DNA of 61,468 bases, the filler included, from Globobulimina sp. (lineage: Eukaryota): NCBI GenBank assembly GCA_003354225.1. It is 20 parts of 20 records of this genome, joined end to end, with 100 filler letters (N's around TTAATTAATTAA, not from the genome) between each part and the next. Parts side by side here need not be neighbours in the genome. Positions count along the whole stretch, not along the records: positions 1 to 2,981 come from PIVH01004149.1; positions 3,082 to 6,062 come from PIVH01004150.1; positions 6,163 to 9,142 come from PIVH01004151.1; positions 9,243 to 12,222 come from PIVH01004152.1; 16 more parts are not named here. The stretch is one strand, 5' to 3'. The first letter of the stretch is position 1, and each line of letters opens with the position of its first letter. A model generated the notes under the pieces. It worked only from the letters and a program-made list of their open reading frames with translations, had not been told where the DNA came from and did no database searches. Positions 1-11,496 of this stretch are shown one piece after another. Both the position numbers and the translations under genes were made by a program.

Positions 1-2
1 CT

Positions 3-2981
3 CAAACACAGACGCAATATTCCAGCAATATCAACGAAAACGTGATTATTAATTTACAGAAACGAAATTCCAAGAAAAAGTTGCAGCAGAATTTGCACGC
101 TCATATGGTGAGTCACGACACCATAAACACTGAGAGTGCCACGTTGAGCACCAAATCGTCGCAGGTTCCGTTGCCTTTGCCGCAGTTACAGGCAGAGTCG
201 AGGGCGAGTACTAAGAACCCAATCATCCATTTATTGGATAATACCTCTTCATCGCCGCTGCCGGGTACTTCTCTTAATTATAATGAGGAATATTCGTCTT
301 TTACGTTGGCCCACTTGCAAGCGGAGGAGGTCAATGAGCCACAATATGAGCAATCAGATACCGGCACATGTACAAAAACCGGTAATTGTAAACAATCGCA
401 AGAGCATTCAGATAAAAAAAAACAAAAATCGTTCAACTTTTCGTCCGCCTCATCCGTTCCAACCATGCAACATAGTGACAACAGTGGCGGTGGCGATGAT
501 GTATTGATGCTTCAGCTTCATACTGGACACAGATCGGTGTCTTCCTTCACCGAGGAACACTTACCAACCATCAATGAAATACCATCGAGCAAAAGCAAAG
601 AAGACAACAAATCTCCCACTGGCCACGCGGCTGCCTTACATAGGCAATATTTGAGTGGCTCGAAACAAACCGTATTAAGCGACTCCGGTACCACTACGGA
701 TGATAATCATGATATGTTACCAGAGACTAATCCTGTCATAGACAGCAACAACAGCACAAAATCAGAGATGCCCACACCAATTCAGGTAGACCCAACCATT
801 GATAAAATGTATAAAATCGGCAAGATTGATAAGAATAACTTAGTGTATCTGTCCTCGTACGATCAGGCGAGCCCCACCGTGCCCGATATCAGTGATAGCC
901 GAGTTGTGCCCAAATCAATTACAACAAATCGGATATCCCGATCCGCAGTGTCGCAGTCATCCACTACCAATATCTCTGGCTTTAGCAATGCCTACGGACT
1001 CAATTCTCCCTCTTTCAACTCGCCACAAAATCACCCCTTGCCTTCTCCGAGCAAAAAGAGCAGGAAGTTAATGAAGAAGAAGCGATCCAATAAACAGAAG
1101 TTTTTACATCACCACAATCACGGCGCAGATTTCGCCGTTACTGCTCCGACACAGATTGGTGTGTTGAAAGACGAAAAAGCCTTTAAATATTCAGGCAGCG
1201 ATCCAAACCAAGTCTTGTCTGATGACACGTATACGTATATGGTGGATGTAGTGGACCATGCCAACCATGCTCGATCTGAGTCGTTCGTCATACATTCAAA
1301 AAAAAGAGACTATCCGCCGCAGTGTGATACGATGATATCGCAAACCGAGTCTTCGAATCATAAAACACTGTTTGCATTCCCTAATACTAATATTTTAAAC
1401 AATAATAACTCAAATAATAATATTAATCATCCAAATAACAATAATATTCCGAATAATATGCCGGTGATTATTGACAATCCCTCCATATCACGACCGTCTG
1501 CGCCTATTATCCCAGGCGTGGATGATGACGATTTTCAACAATATTTGCGTGTCAATTCATTGGTTGTGTCGTATTTAAAAAATGTCCCTCAAACTAACGC
1601 CGCCGGCACCACAGCCACTGCCTCAGCCACGGCCGCCGCCACGCAACCACAACCAGAACAAGCTGCAATTATGCACACTCCCTCACCACCTTCACACCCG
1701 TCGCACCATTATGTAGACAATAATTTGTCGCCAGCCACTCGCCCACTAACCATCACTATGGACTTAGAGTATAATTTATATGACGGCCTTCTAACTCTGC
1801 AACAACGACAAGAAGCCCCCTCCGAAATGGCCTTTAATATGACATTTTTAATGTGCTCGCCATTGATCTTAATGGAAGCATTGGATATGTTCCATTGCAG
1901 CACCACCGGTGAGATCTCCATTCGTTCCAAATCGCAACTTGAATGCAACAAAGATTTCTGGTATTATTTCGCCATTTTTTTCCTGATTGGCTGGTTTCTC
2001 TACGTATTCATTTCAATATATCGCACGCGCGAATTCGCGAAAAAAAGCGAATCCAACACAGACGAACGAGTGCACGAAATCTATCGCAATGCGTTCGGGG
2101 ATTCGCTTAGATGTTTTTGGATAAATAACGTGAAACTAAACAAGTGGTGGTATGGCTTTGTGCCCTTATTTTTGCAGTTATTTATTGTATTAATCAGTGT
2201 GTTGATCGAGGATGAAAACTCTGCCATGATGTTGATTGTATTGTTGCTGTGGTTTGAGTTTGTAACCATGTGTTGTATTCGTCCGTTTTTAACCGCTTCA
2301 GATCGATTATGCCAGTTTACATTACGTACATTTATTTTGTTCGAGGCATCCATATTATTGGTAACAGCCAAGTCGTCCAATGATAATTTCGAAGGGATCA
2401 ACGTCGCAGTGTGCTCAGTGACTTTCGTGACAGTGATTTTTTCGCATCTCGCAGCGTGTTGTGGTTTGTATCCCATCCATCCGAATAACACGGTTTGTTC
2501 CTCGTGTTGTTGCTGTTGCTGCTGTTTCTTCTGTGTGGAGGTTATAAATGATGATGAATCTGAGATTGGTGATGTGGAGGATGAAGAAGAGACATATCAA
2601 CATGTACAAGAGGTGCAATTGCCGACACAGCCACAGCAGCAGCAACAGCAACAGCCGCAAGTGGTTAATGGTGACGCACAGCAGCCACAGCCACAGGTAT
2701 GTTATAAATACTTATAATAAAATATGATGAAACTGATAAAATAATACACGAATAGGTGCGTTTTAAGTCATTTAGTGAGGTTGGATCGGACCAGCCGTTG
2801 TTGAATGAAAGTGGGAATTCGCACACAAACCATGATAATGAGAAGAAAGAGGGCATGAAAGAAGAGACCATATTGCCGCCACCGAGCGTAGTGCCGTTGG
2901 CGAATAATCAGAAACAAATTAGTGTACATACTATAACTCCGTATCATGGATCTGGACAAGGACAACAAGCAACAAATAATC
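3..2981 (+). CDS. Large eukaryotic membrane protein (partial at both ends): low-complexity S/T/N/Q region followed by about 6 TM helices, resembling protist TRP-C-like/multi-pass families
   Basis: Frame open from base 3. Hydrophobic block with FHC...LEC and WWYGFV...IRPF pattern, then a Cys-rich tail. A phase-0 GT-AG intron at 2697-2755 joins ORF 42-2717 to ORF 2756+ in frame. Confidence 0.6.
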
Positions 2982-3081
2982 NNNNNNNNNNNNNNNNNNN
3001 NNNNNNNNNNNNNNNNNNNNNNNNNTTAATTAATTAANNNNNNNNNNNNNNNNNNNNNNNNNNNNNNNNNNNNNNNNNNNN
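2982..3081. other. Artificial contig spacer (44 N + TTAATTAATTAA + 44 N), first of 19
   Basis: Identical 100-nt spacers also at 6063-6162, 9143-9242, 12223-12322, 15303-15402, 18383-18482, 21462-21561, 24541-24640, 27620-27719, 30698-30797, 33776-33875, 36854-36953, 39932-40031, 43010-43109, 46087-46186, 49164-49263, 52241-52340, 55317-55416, 58393-58492. The 12-mer puts stops in all six frames. Contig lengths fall monotonically from 2981 to 2976. Confidence 0.99.
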
Positions 3082-3083
3082 CT

Positions 3084-6062
3084 GGGCATCTTCCTGGTGA
3101 AATTATATTAACAAAAGAAAATTATTTACGAAGATTTAATCGCTTAGAAAAATTAGGAGTAAAGGTAATACGCGTATATGCGTTATTACATCCGGAATTT
3201 TACGAAACATTGATTGAATGGAACGAAAGTCATGAAAAAAAAATATACATATTACACGGAACAGCATTCCCAGAATATGAAATGGAAGAAGATTATGGAA
3301 CAGATGCTTTTGATCATACGGTATCAGACCCGATGACTGATTTTATAGAAAGAACTACACTAGGTGTTTATGGTCAAGGTGAAGTTGTTTATAAATATAA
3401 ACAAGGGGTTGACCCGGTAGTCGGTAATTATCAATATAATATTGCGAAATATTTAATTGGTTGGGTAGTAGCAGGTGAAATGTCACCATATTCAGTTCAT
3501 AAAACAAATCTAGCTCATCCAGATATAGAAAAATATGAAGGAGAGTTTGTATCATCAGTAGATAATTCAAGTCCTTTTGAAGTATGGATGGCACAAAATA
3601 TGGATCATCTTGCTTCGTTAATAAATGGATACGGATATACAACACCAATATCTTGGACAAATTGGGCAACAACTGATGGTATTAAAAATTCAGTAGAACC
3701 TCCATATATTGGAGATGATATAAAAAGTTCAATAGAAGATTGGCAAGAAATAGATTTACATAATTTTGATTTTAGTAATTGGGAAGCAGGTTCTTTTTAC
3801 AATCAGCACGCTTACCCATACTATCCTGAGTTTATAACATTTTTAGATGATGAGGATGGAGAAGAACAAGATCCATATGTAGAATATATAACAAGAATCC
3901 GAAATTTTTATAATGATTTACCATTTATTATCACTGAGGTTGGTTTATCAACAGCATATGGTGTAGCATCATTTGAAGAAAAGTTTGGCCGTAATCATGG
4001 ACATGTAACAGAAGAAAAACAAGGAGAATTAATGAGAGATATAATGTTAAGAGCAATAAATGATATTGGTGTTACTGGTATAGTAATATTCCAACTTCAA
4101 GATGAATGGTTTAAAAAATCTTGGAATACATTAAAGTTTGAACCTAACGAAGCAGATGGTTCTGGTAGAAACTATTGGATGAATGCTATGTCAGCAGAAC
4201 AGGGTTTCGGTATTTTTAGAAGTGAACCACAAAATGATATGAAAAAACAACAATATAATGGGAATGAATATTTTGATAAACTATCAATATCAAACGATGA
4301 GAGATTTATAAAATTAAACTTTGAAATAAAAAATCCAGAAGATGGTGGTAAAGTATTAATTGGTTTGGATTCATTACCGGATGGTTCGGACCTAGTTAAG
4401 ATTCCAACTGGATATGATGAATATGGGAGGATAGTATCTGAAAGTAAAGGTAAAAGGTTTAGCAACTTAGTAGATTACTTATTTGAAATAGATATAGAAA
4501 CACATGAAGTAAAATTTTATGTCGCTGGTTGTCACGATTATTTAAGAAAACGTTTTGGTGATTGGTTTGTATATTTAGAAAGTGATGAATTTAATTATAC
4601 TGAAAATTTCACGATGTATTATAACTCAGAGTATTTATCAGAATGTGACCAGAATACATTTCAACCATATTTATTACTTGTAAAATTACCAGATTTTGAA
4701 GTGAGAAATGATACATATCTTTATACTGAACACAAACATTTAGAAGTAAAGTTTGAAGATACTGGAGATAATCTTGCATTATTAAGAAAAGATAATGATA
4801 ATCATTATGAGATTAAAATCCCGTTTGGATTAATCGGATATACAAACCCAGCATTAAATAAAAAACATCAAATAAGCGGATTTGATAAATCAACTGAAAT
4901 TATACATTTTACAGATGATTCTGGAATTAATTTTGAAATATCAAGATATTCAGATATAAATATTGAAACACAAGCAAGTGTTATAAATATGGATTATAAA
5001 TGGAATAATTGGGAAGTTCCAAAATGTTATAAAGTTTCAGCAAAAGATGGATTTAAATATTTCAGACAAGCATTCGCAAGTATCAATAATTATGTATCAG
5101 GAGATTTAACAGATGAAGAAATCGCAACAATGAGTTCTGAAATATGTGAATATACCAATATAGTATCAATACATCACATTTTAGTCCAATGTGCTTTTAT
5201 ATTTTTAGCATTTTGTTTTTTCTTTTCATCAATAAGAAAGTTTTTAGTTAAACATGTATTTTATTGCTATAGTTTTCAAAAACCAGGAATTGAAGTAGAA
5301 GGTTCAAGTTCAAGATTAGAAATAGTTAATCTTATATTATTTGGAATACTATGTATATTATATTATATTGAACCATCTTTTTCGGTTACAGACGTAACAA
5401 TTGGTTATGTTTTATATATATTCGTGGTAATGTGGGATTCATTATTGATTTTTTTCGCAATGATTATTTTTGGTTGGGATTTATATGAAGAAAAAGAATT
5501 ACCAGAATATGATATATTAGAACATGCTTTCGTAATATCTTGTCACAATTCGGCAAATGTATTACCAAAAACATTACGGTCACTAATTGAAAAAGTAAGA
5601 CCAGAAACAATATATGTTGGAGATAATGGATCAACAGAAAAACAACAACAAATATGTAATAAAATCTGTTATGATATATCAAAAGAATGGTATGTAAAAC
5701 ATAAATTACCATTTGATAAAGAAAAAATAATTAATTATGGTCATTCGCCTATTGGAAATAAAACAATTTCTCAGTTTGCATCTATAAGTAATTTACCAGA
5801 ACATGTCAAATATGTAACATGTATTGATGATGATACAAGATTGCACGAAACTTGGGAGACAGAGAAAGTAATACATTACTTTCAGAATGAAGATGTTGCT
5901 GTTTTAGCATATCCATTAAAGGCAGTTAAACCACAATTTGATATTGAATTATTCCAGTCTTTAGAATATATAATAACAGGATTCTTTAAAATATGTCATG
6001 GAAAAGTATGGTCAACAATTTTCAATTCTGGTGCGTTTGGAACTTATAGGGTAGAATTATTA
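3084..6062 (+). CDS. Glycoside hydrolase (clan GH-A-like TIM barrel) fused through 3 TM helices to a GT2 glycosyltransferase; partial at both ends
   Basis: Intronless frame open across the whole contig. N-part GHLPGE..YLRRF..IRVYALLHPEFYE, putative acid/base GE (3477-3479), HAYPYYPEF, nucleophile ITEVG (3936-3938), FQLQDEWFKKSWN. C-part FVISCHNS, YVGDNGS, CIDDDT (5826-5834), FQSLEY, SGAFGTYR. Confidence 0.85.
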
Positions 6063-6163
6063 NNNNNNNNNNNNNNNNNNNNNNNNNNNNNNNNNNNNNN
6101 NNNNNNTTAATTAATTAANNNNNNNNNNNNNNNNNNNNNNNNNNNNNNNNNNNNNNNNNNNNG

Positions 6164-6469
6164 TCTGCCTCTGATCAGTCGGACGATCCAAATGGTTCAC
6201 AATTTGTGTGGGGTGACGATGAAGAAAATTCATTGGCTTTATTTATGCAACAATTGCAACAAAATAATTTAGTAAACGCAGTAACACCAAAAATGAATAA
6301 AGAAAATGCAAATACAAAAAATACAAAACAAAGAAAATCGATTGAAAAGGGAATCTATGATAATAGGCAGAACACAAAGACTCAGCCAAAGAAAACAAAA
6401 GAAAAAGAAAAACAAAAAAAAAGTATTGTTGGAACCAAAAGAAGAAGCTCCGTTGAGCTCCAATCTTAA
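6164..6469 (+). CDS. 3' end of a hypothetical Lys-rich protein
   Basis: Frame open from the contig edge to TAA at 6469; no recognisable domain. Confidence 0.4.
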   Translation, partial: SASDQSDDPNGSQFVWGDDEENSLALFMQQLQQNNLVNAVTPKMNKENANTKNTKQRKSIEKGIYDNRQNTKTQPKKTKEKEKQKKSIVGTKRRSSVELQS

Positions 6470-6495
6470 ACTTAGTTTGATGTTACTAGATATCA

Positions 6496-7950
6496 TTAAA
6501 AATGCATTTTAAACTTTTGTCTTTCAACAATCAAGTCTTTGACCCATTGAGTCAATAAATTCGTTTCCTGAATCCTAGCCTGGATAACATCATCAGTATC
6601 ATCTGGATCAGCAGCATGCATATCTGAATGATGAGCTCCATTTATCATATCAATGGCAATCAATGTATCCGATAAGTTCTTGTGATTACCACCAGCACTC
6701 CAACCATCTTGTAAACCATTGGAAAATATAATTCTAGATGTAATATTTGCCAATTTTCCATAAAAATATTGTGGATTTAGTCCATTTTCAGTACTCAGCC
6801 AAAACTGCCTAGTCGCAGCTTTCACGCCATAGCGAGACATGCAATGCTGATCCATCCAAGACATATTGAATGGCCAATTAGGAAACATATCCGTTACATT
6901 GTTGCTTCCAATTGGCTGTATAACTTCTGTACAGGCCTGGAAATCCCAACTTGCCCCATTATAACCTGTACCGCATGCGGTTTGATCAGAACAATGGATA
7001 GTTGCGTTTGCTCCATATGGGAGATATGTTGTCATATTAATACATCCTTTATCAGTTTGCATTGGCTCTAGAAATCTCTTCCAAATCAATAATCCATTAT
7101 TAATCGACCCATTTGTTATTCTCATACAGGCAGCTTTTAAGGGTGACCTGTTTGGAGGATAATTATCCATCGCATAACCTGCAAATTGAGGAATTATTAA
7201 TGCCAATAATTCATCCAAACTATCCAATGACGCACATAAAGGTATTGTGTCTGTAATTTGTTTGGAGGTACTCGTCATTAATACATCAAATGCATTTCCT
7301 ACATAATCAACACATAAAGAAGATATTTTCCTGGTTGCATTGGTTACAATTTCGTAGAATACATTGCTAGGAATAATACCATTTGAGTCTAATAAGATTG
7401 GTGCTGATGCAGCCAATGCCATATCAAATAAATATGGATATTTTAGACGTAAATAAAACGATAACTTACCAGAATAGGAGCCACCTAAAACAATGACTGG
7501 ACATAATGGACAGTTGAAATAATGATTCTTCGCTTCATATAATAATTGCATGTAATCTGCCATTGCTTGTTCCAACGAGAGGAGACCCAAATAATTGGAT
7601 GAATGGTTATAATTTTCGTTTGCTTGTTTAAATGGATTTGATTCTCCGTAAAATCGATGTTCCACAGTAATCACTAATCCATTGATTTTGGGTGCAATGG
7701 CTTCCACAAATCCATATATTGTTTGATTGCCATGATTAGTCCATTCGCCTCCAAGTTGGTATATTATAGCTCCTAAATTATCAGCACCACTCCAATATGT
7801 ATCATTATAATACCAACGTTGCAAAAATTTAGCTTCTGCGTTGTATGCGTTGAAATGATCTAATGTTTGATTGTACCATTTGGACACACTACCCATGGAT
7901 GTTACATCATGGATGATAAAAAGCAAAAGGCTGCAACTCAAAAACAGCAT
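6496..7950 (-). CDS. Serine peptidase S28 (lysosomal Pro-X carboxypeptidase / dipeptidyl peptidase II-like)
   Basis: Signal peptide, QTLDHF, EHRFYGES, EQAMADY, nucleophile GGSYSG, WDFQACTE, IIFSNGLQDGW, AHHSD. Confidence 0.93.
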   Translation of the reverse strand: MLFLSCSLLLFIIHDVTSMGSVSKWYNQTLDHFNAYNAEAKFLQRWYYNDTYWSGADNLGAIIYQLGGEWTNHGNQTIYGFVEAIAPKINGLVITVEHRFYGESNPFKQANENYNHSSNYLGLLSLEQAMADYMQLLYEAKNHYFNCPLCPVIVLGGSYSGKLSFYLRLKYPYLFDMALAASAPILLDSNGIIPSNVFYEIVTNATRKISSLCVDYVGNAFDVLMTSTSKQITDTIPLCASLDSLDELLALIIPQFAGYAMDNYPPNRSPLKAACMRITNGSINNGLLIWKRFLEPMQTDKGCINMTTYLPYGANATIHCSDQTACGTGYNGASWDFQACTEVIQPIGSNNVTDMFPNWPFNMSWMDQHCMSRYGVKAATRQFWLSTENGLNPQYFYGKLANITSRIIFSNGLQDGWSAGGNHKNLSDTLIAIDMINGAHHSDMHAADPDDTDDVIQARIQETNLLTQWVKDLIVERQKFKMHF

Positions 7951-8085
7951 GGTTTTGCCTCTGCAGCCTGAGTGAAAACAATAGAAAAACTGTTAGCAAT
8001 TTTAGATTAAATCGCATCGCATCGCATCGAATTCAAGCAATTTTAGATTAATTCAATTCACTTTCGCAAAAACGTTGTGTGTTGA

Positions 8086-8431
8086 ATGGGTACGTATATG
8101 GGAAACAGTGAAGTGGCAAAGGCAAAAGCCCCAATCCCGACAGATGAAGCAAAAGAATCGAAAAACGAATTTGCTCAATTAAAGAAACAATTTGGTTGGA
8201 AAGATGACGAGCAATATATCCTCATGAATTGTCACAAGAGATGAAATCATTGCAAATTATGACAACTTTATTCAACGACACATTTTAGGGGGACAAAATG
8301 CAAACATTTCAATCCCGTTAGGAATATACAATCATTACTCTGATTATTTTAATCACACAATTTTAGAATCTTTCAATCAATTAAATCACACAAATCCGTA
8401 TAATGACGATTTCCCAGTTAATTCTCTATAA
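8086..8431 (+). pseudogene. Frameshifted copy of the domain found in ORF 8604-9142
   Basis: MGTYMGNSE...FGWKDDEQYILMN, then a frame change near 8228-8240 into DEIIANYDNF..ILGGQNANISIPLGIYNHY. Aligns by eye to YGWSKEEIFILME..DDIVPKYVDF..VFGDKNSDHSMPTGVYDHY downstream. Confidence 0.5.
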
Positions 8432-8603
8432 ATTGCAAGAATATTCGATATATATATATTTAATTTTTTGTTTGTGCCAAGTTACAAAAAAAGTGCCAGG
8501 ATGGAATAAATGAATGGCTATTGGTGGCTTATATGAATTGTAGATCATGTATGCGATAATAAATATGTGTACGTCTCCAATCCATTAATTTATTCCTTGT
8601 CAA

Positions 8604-9142
8604 ATGCAATCAGGCAAAGAAAAGAATGGCTACGCGGTGCGCTTTATGTTTCAGGTTGCGGTCTATACTCGAATTGATAAGAAAGCGCAACAGAGATTGG
8701 ATGAAATCGCCACGGAACAACGGATTCAGGATCAACAACAGATTGCTGTTGCAAACAATGACGACAACAAAGCACCAGAAAAACCAGAACAAGCATATAA
8801 AATTGCAATACCTCTGGCATTGAGTGACGAGGAATTGGCGCGATTTCAACATAAGTTCACTTCGACGATGACTGATTATGGTTGGAGCAAAGAAGAGATA
8901 TTTATTTTGATGGAGCGGCAGGTGCTTCATACTGGAACGCACGACGACATTGTCCCGAAATATGTAGATTTTTTTGAGAAAGTAGTATTTGGCGATAAGA
9001 ATAGTGATCATTCAATGCCAACGGGTGTGTACGATCATTATTTGACTGCATTGACGAATACGATCGAAAACTCATTGAGTCAGGTTGCCGACGAAGATAT
9101 TAATGAATATAAAGACACATTTAAAGTTATAATATATGCATT
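8604..9142 (+). CDS. Hypothetical protein, 3'-truncated
   Basis: ORF runs into the spacer; shares a domain with 8086-8431. Confidence 0.55.
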
Positions 9143-9293
9143 NNNNNNNNNNNNNNNNNNNNNNNNNNNNNNNNNNNNNNNNNNNNTTAATTAATTAANN
9201 NNNNNNNNNNNNNNNNNNNNNNNNNNNNNNNNNNNNNNNNNNTAAATTGCTAAATATATTTAAAATTTAAATAGTATATTATAATATAACAGA

Positions 9294-9806
9294 ATGACTC
9301 AACAACTACCAACTAACGAACAATTAATGCAAATGTATTCTCAGATGTTTGATATGTTAAATGCACAAACAACATTGAAGTTTGTAAAAACACGACCTGG
9401 TGCTGGAGTTCAAGAAAATAGTGAAGAAGACGCTGGATATGATGTAAAAATACCTTCAGATTTCAATGATGGTAAAGAATATATAGTAAAACCTGGTGCG
9501 ATGGTTAGAATACCGACCGGATTAAAAGCGTTAATTCCAAAGGGAACATATCTTAGATGTGATGATAGAAGCTCAGTCGGAAAAAAAGGTTTAAAAGTGA
9601 CATCTCCAATAATCGATTACGCATATACGGGTGAGTTTAGTGCGGTATTATATAATATTTCAAATAATGATATCACAATTCAATCTGGCCAAAGAATTAT
9701 GCAGGTGATTTTACATCATTATATTAAACCAAAAGTTGAATATGTTGAATCTATTGAAGATACTTCATCACGTGGTTCAAAGGGATTTGGTTCAACTGGA
9801 TTATAA
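9294..9806 (+). CDS. dut: Trimeric dUTPase, probably from a giant virus
   Basis: All five motifs recognisable: AGYDV, RSS(VGKKG), IIDYAYTGE, GQRIMQ, RGSKGFGSTG. Intronless, with AT-rich flanks. Confidence 0.95.
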   Translation: MTQQLPTNEQLMQMYSQMFDMLNAQTTLKFVKTRPGAGVQENSEEDAGYDVKIPSDFNDGKEYIVKPGAMVRIPTGLKALIPKGTYLRCDDRSSVGKKGLKVTSPIIDYAYTGEFSAVLYNISNNDITIQSGQRIMQVILHHYIKPKVEYVESIEDTSSRGSKGFGSTGL

Positions 9807-9823
9807 GTTCAATCAGAGTATTT

Positions 9824-9850
9824 TAATTAGATATCTAAGATATTTAATTA
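9824..9850 (+). terminator. AT-rich hairpin downstream of dUTPase
   Basis: TAATTAGATATC-TAA-GATATTTAATTA, a 12-bp stem with one G-T pair, 17 nt after the stop. Confidence 0.6.
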
Positions 9851-9912
9851 ATATTTATTTTTAATCGTTTTATGCCTAAGAAAAAAATATTAACATAGTA
9901 TATAAACTCAAG

Positions 9913-10947
9913 ATGCCAATAACCCGAACAATCGATCATAAGCAATTTTTAGATATATCACGGCGGAAATGCCTATTATGCTCAAAAACTTTAACAACTA
10001 ACTGGGGATTAAAACAACACTGTAAATCACTTATGCATTTGGACAACGCCAATATCGCATTAGGTGTGAAATCTGCTGGTACATCATCAAAAACTACAAA
10101 GAAAACTGCTAAGAAAACTACTCCGAAGAATATTAAAACACATCCGGAAAAACGAAGTGGTAAAACCAGATTTTGTTTAAAAGATGCTAAATGTTTTGTA
10201 TGTGATACATCATATTCAACAAAAGATTCACTAAAATGTCACTTAAAGAAATCAAAAGCTCATGTAAAAAACTTATTGAATTGGACTGACATTATCGAAA
10301 ATGAACCAGAACCAATAGTAGAAGAAAAAATGCCAGAACCAGTATTAGAAGAAAAAATGCCAGAACCAGTATTAGAAGAACTCGAAGAGAAAGATAATGT
10401 ATCTGAATCTGATGATGATGATGATGATGATGCAGTGATGGAAATGGCAATTGATGAAGAAAAAACAATGGAACAAACAATATTAATTAATGATCCAATA
10501 CTTGCTCCATGTGAAATTGATGACCAACGTGTGAATCGCAGTGAAGAGGAAGTTCAAAAAATGATTGATGAAGTAGATGTAGAAATTAATAACACCAGGA
10601 GTGGTCAATATAATATTAGTATCAATACTTTAACGCGTAAGCGGAATTCATTAGTAAGTTTATTGTATAAAATGCGTCAGCAAAAAATGTCAGATGATGA
10701 CGAATCAGCTTCTGAATCCGATTCAGATTATTCAAATGTCGATAATAAAAAATTAGCAAATGAGATATTAACACAAACTGTATCTCAGATATCACAACTA
10801 ATTGTATTTTGTAATGATGATAAACACAACAAGGAAATGGTTGAGTGTGCGAAATTTGTTAACAGCTGTAACGCAATGAAAATAATACCATCATATGACA
10901 GAGCAACAAAACAAAAGTATTATATGATTGAGATACGTCACGTGTAA
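9913..10947 (+). CDS. Protein with two C2H2 (matrin/JAZ-like spacing) zinc fingers and an acidic C-terminal half
   Basis: CLLCSKTLTTNWGLKQHCKSLMH and CFVCDTSYSTKDSLKCHLKKSKAH; poly-Asp tracts. Confidence 0.8.
   Translation: MPITRTIDHKQFLDISRRKCLLCSKTLTTNWGLKQHCKSLMHLDNANIALGVKSAGTSSKTTKKTAKKTTPKNIKTHPEKRSGKTRFCLKDAKCFVCDTSYSTKDSLKCHLKKSKAHVKNLLNWTDIIENEPEPIVEEKMPEPVLEEKMPEPVLEELEEKDNVSESDDDDDDDAVMEMAIDEEKTMEQTILINDPILAPCEIDDQRVNRSEEEVQKMIDEVDVEINNTRSGQYNISINTLTRKRNSLVSLLYKMRQQKMSDDDESASESDSDYSNVDNKKLANEILTQTVSQISQLIVFCNDDKHNKEMVECAKFVNSCNAMKIIPSYDRATKQKYYMIEIRHV
10306..10380 (+). repeat. 27-bp coding tandem repeat, about 2.8 copies (PEPxxEEKM)
   Basis: CCAGAACCAGTATTAGAAGAAAAAATG unit; the first copy is slightly diverged. 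Confidence 0.9.
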
Positions 10948-10980
10948 TTAATTTAAATAACAATTGTTATAAAATTATTA
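10945..10980 (+). terminator. AT-rich hairpin at the end of the zinc-finger gene
   Basis: Perfect 14-nt palindrome ATAACAATTGTTAT (10957-10970), extended by TAATTT/AAATTA arms. Confidence 0.6.
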
Positions 10981-11000
10981 TATAAACGTATTATATAATA

Positions 11001-11387
11001 ATGAGTACTAACGCACTTAAATTAGAAATAATGAAATTACGTCGTGAAAATCGAAGATTGCGTGAAAGATTAAAACCGTTGAAGAAATATGAAAGTTCGT
11101 TCGTTGTCAAATGCTATTCGCGCAAAGATATAGAGAAAATCATTGGTTTCAAAATAGATACAATGACATATTCATGTGTATTAAAACGGCTTCATGAAAG
11201 TTCAAAAATACAACGCGTAGCCAGTATAACAATTCGGAAACAAATTAGGAATGCGTATAGTGATTACATGGATTATAGCGGTGAATCTGAAGAAGAATTG
11301 GGAAATATCAGAGTTATATATAGAAAAAATGCTAATTGCGATAAGGAGAATAATATGAATAAATATATAGAAGATGGTGATATATAA
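11001..11387 (+). CDS. Hypothetical basic protein on the virus-like contig
   Basis: 128-aa ORF; ATG preceded by TATTATATAATA; N-terminal coiled coil. Confidence 0.7.
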   Translation: MSTNALKLEIMKLRRENRRLRERLKPLKKYESSFVVKCYSRKDIEKIIGFKIDTMTYSCVLKRLHESSKIQRVASITIRKQIRNAYSDYMDYSGESEEELGNIRVIYRKNANCDKENNMNKYIEDGDI

Positions 11388-11453
11388 GTCAATCGCCGTA
11401 AGTGGCATTTGACGAGAATAGCTACGATATTTGAGTCAATTACATACTAAAAA

Positions 11454-11487
11454 TATTATATAGCATATTAAAAAATGTTATATAATA
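11454..11487 (+). terminator. AT-rich hairpin between ORF 11001 and ORF 11497
   Basis: TATTATATAGCAT-(8 nt)-ATGTTATATAATA, a 13-bp stem with one G-T pair. Confidence 0.6.
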
Positions 11488-11496
11488 ATATAAAGA

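Noticed and set aside
3026-3037. TTAATTAATTAA recurring every ~3080 nt as a biological repeat or CRISPR-like array
   Set aside because: It is always centred in exactly 44+44 N, so it is a synthetic six-frame-stop linker.
7995-8051. 16-bp direct repeat AGCAATTTTAGATTAA flanking (ATCGC)3 as a transposon footprint
   Set aside because: Only 25 nt lie between the copies, with no terminal inverted repeats or coding capacity. A local duplication is sufficient to explain it.
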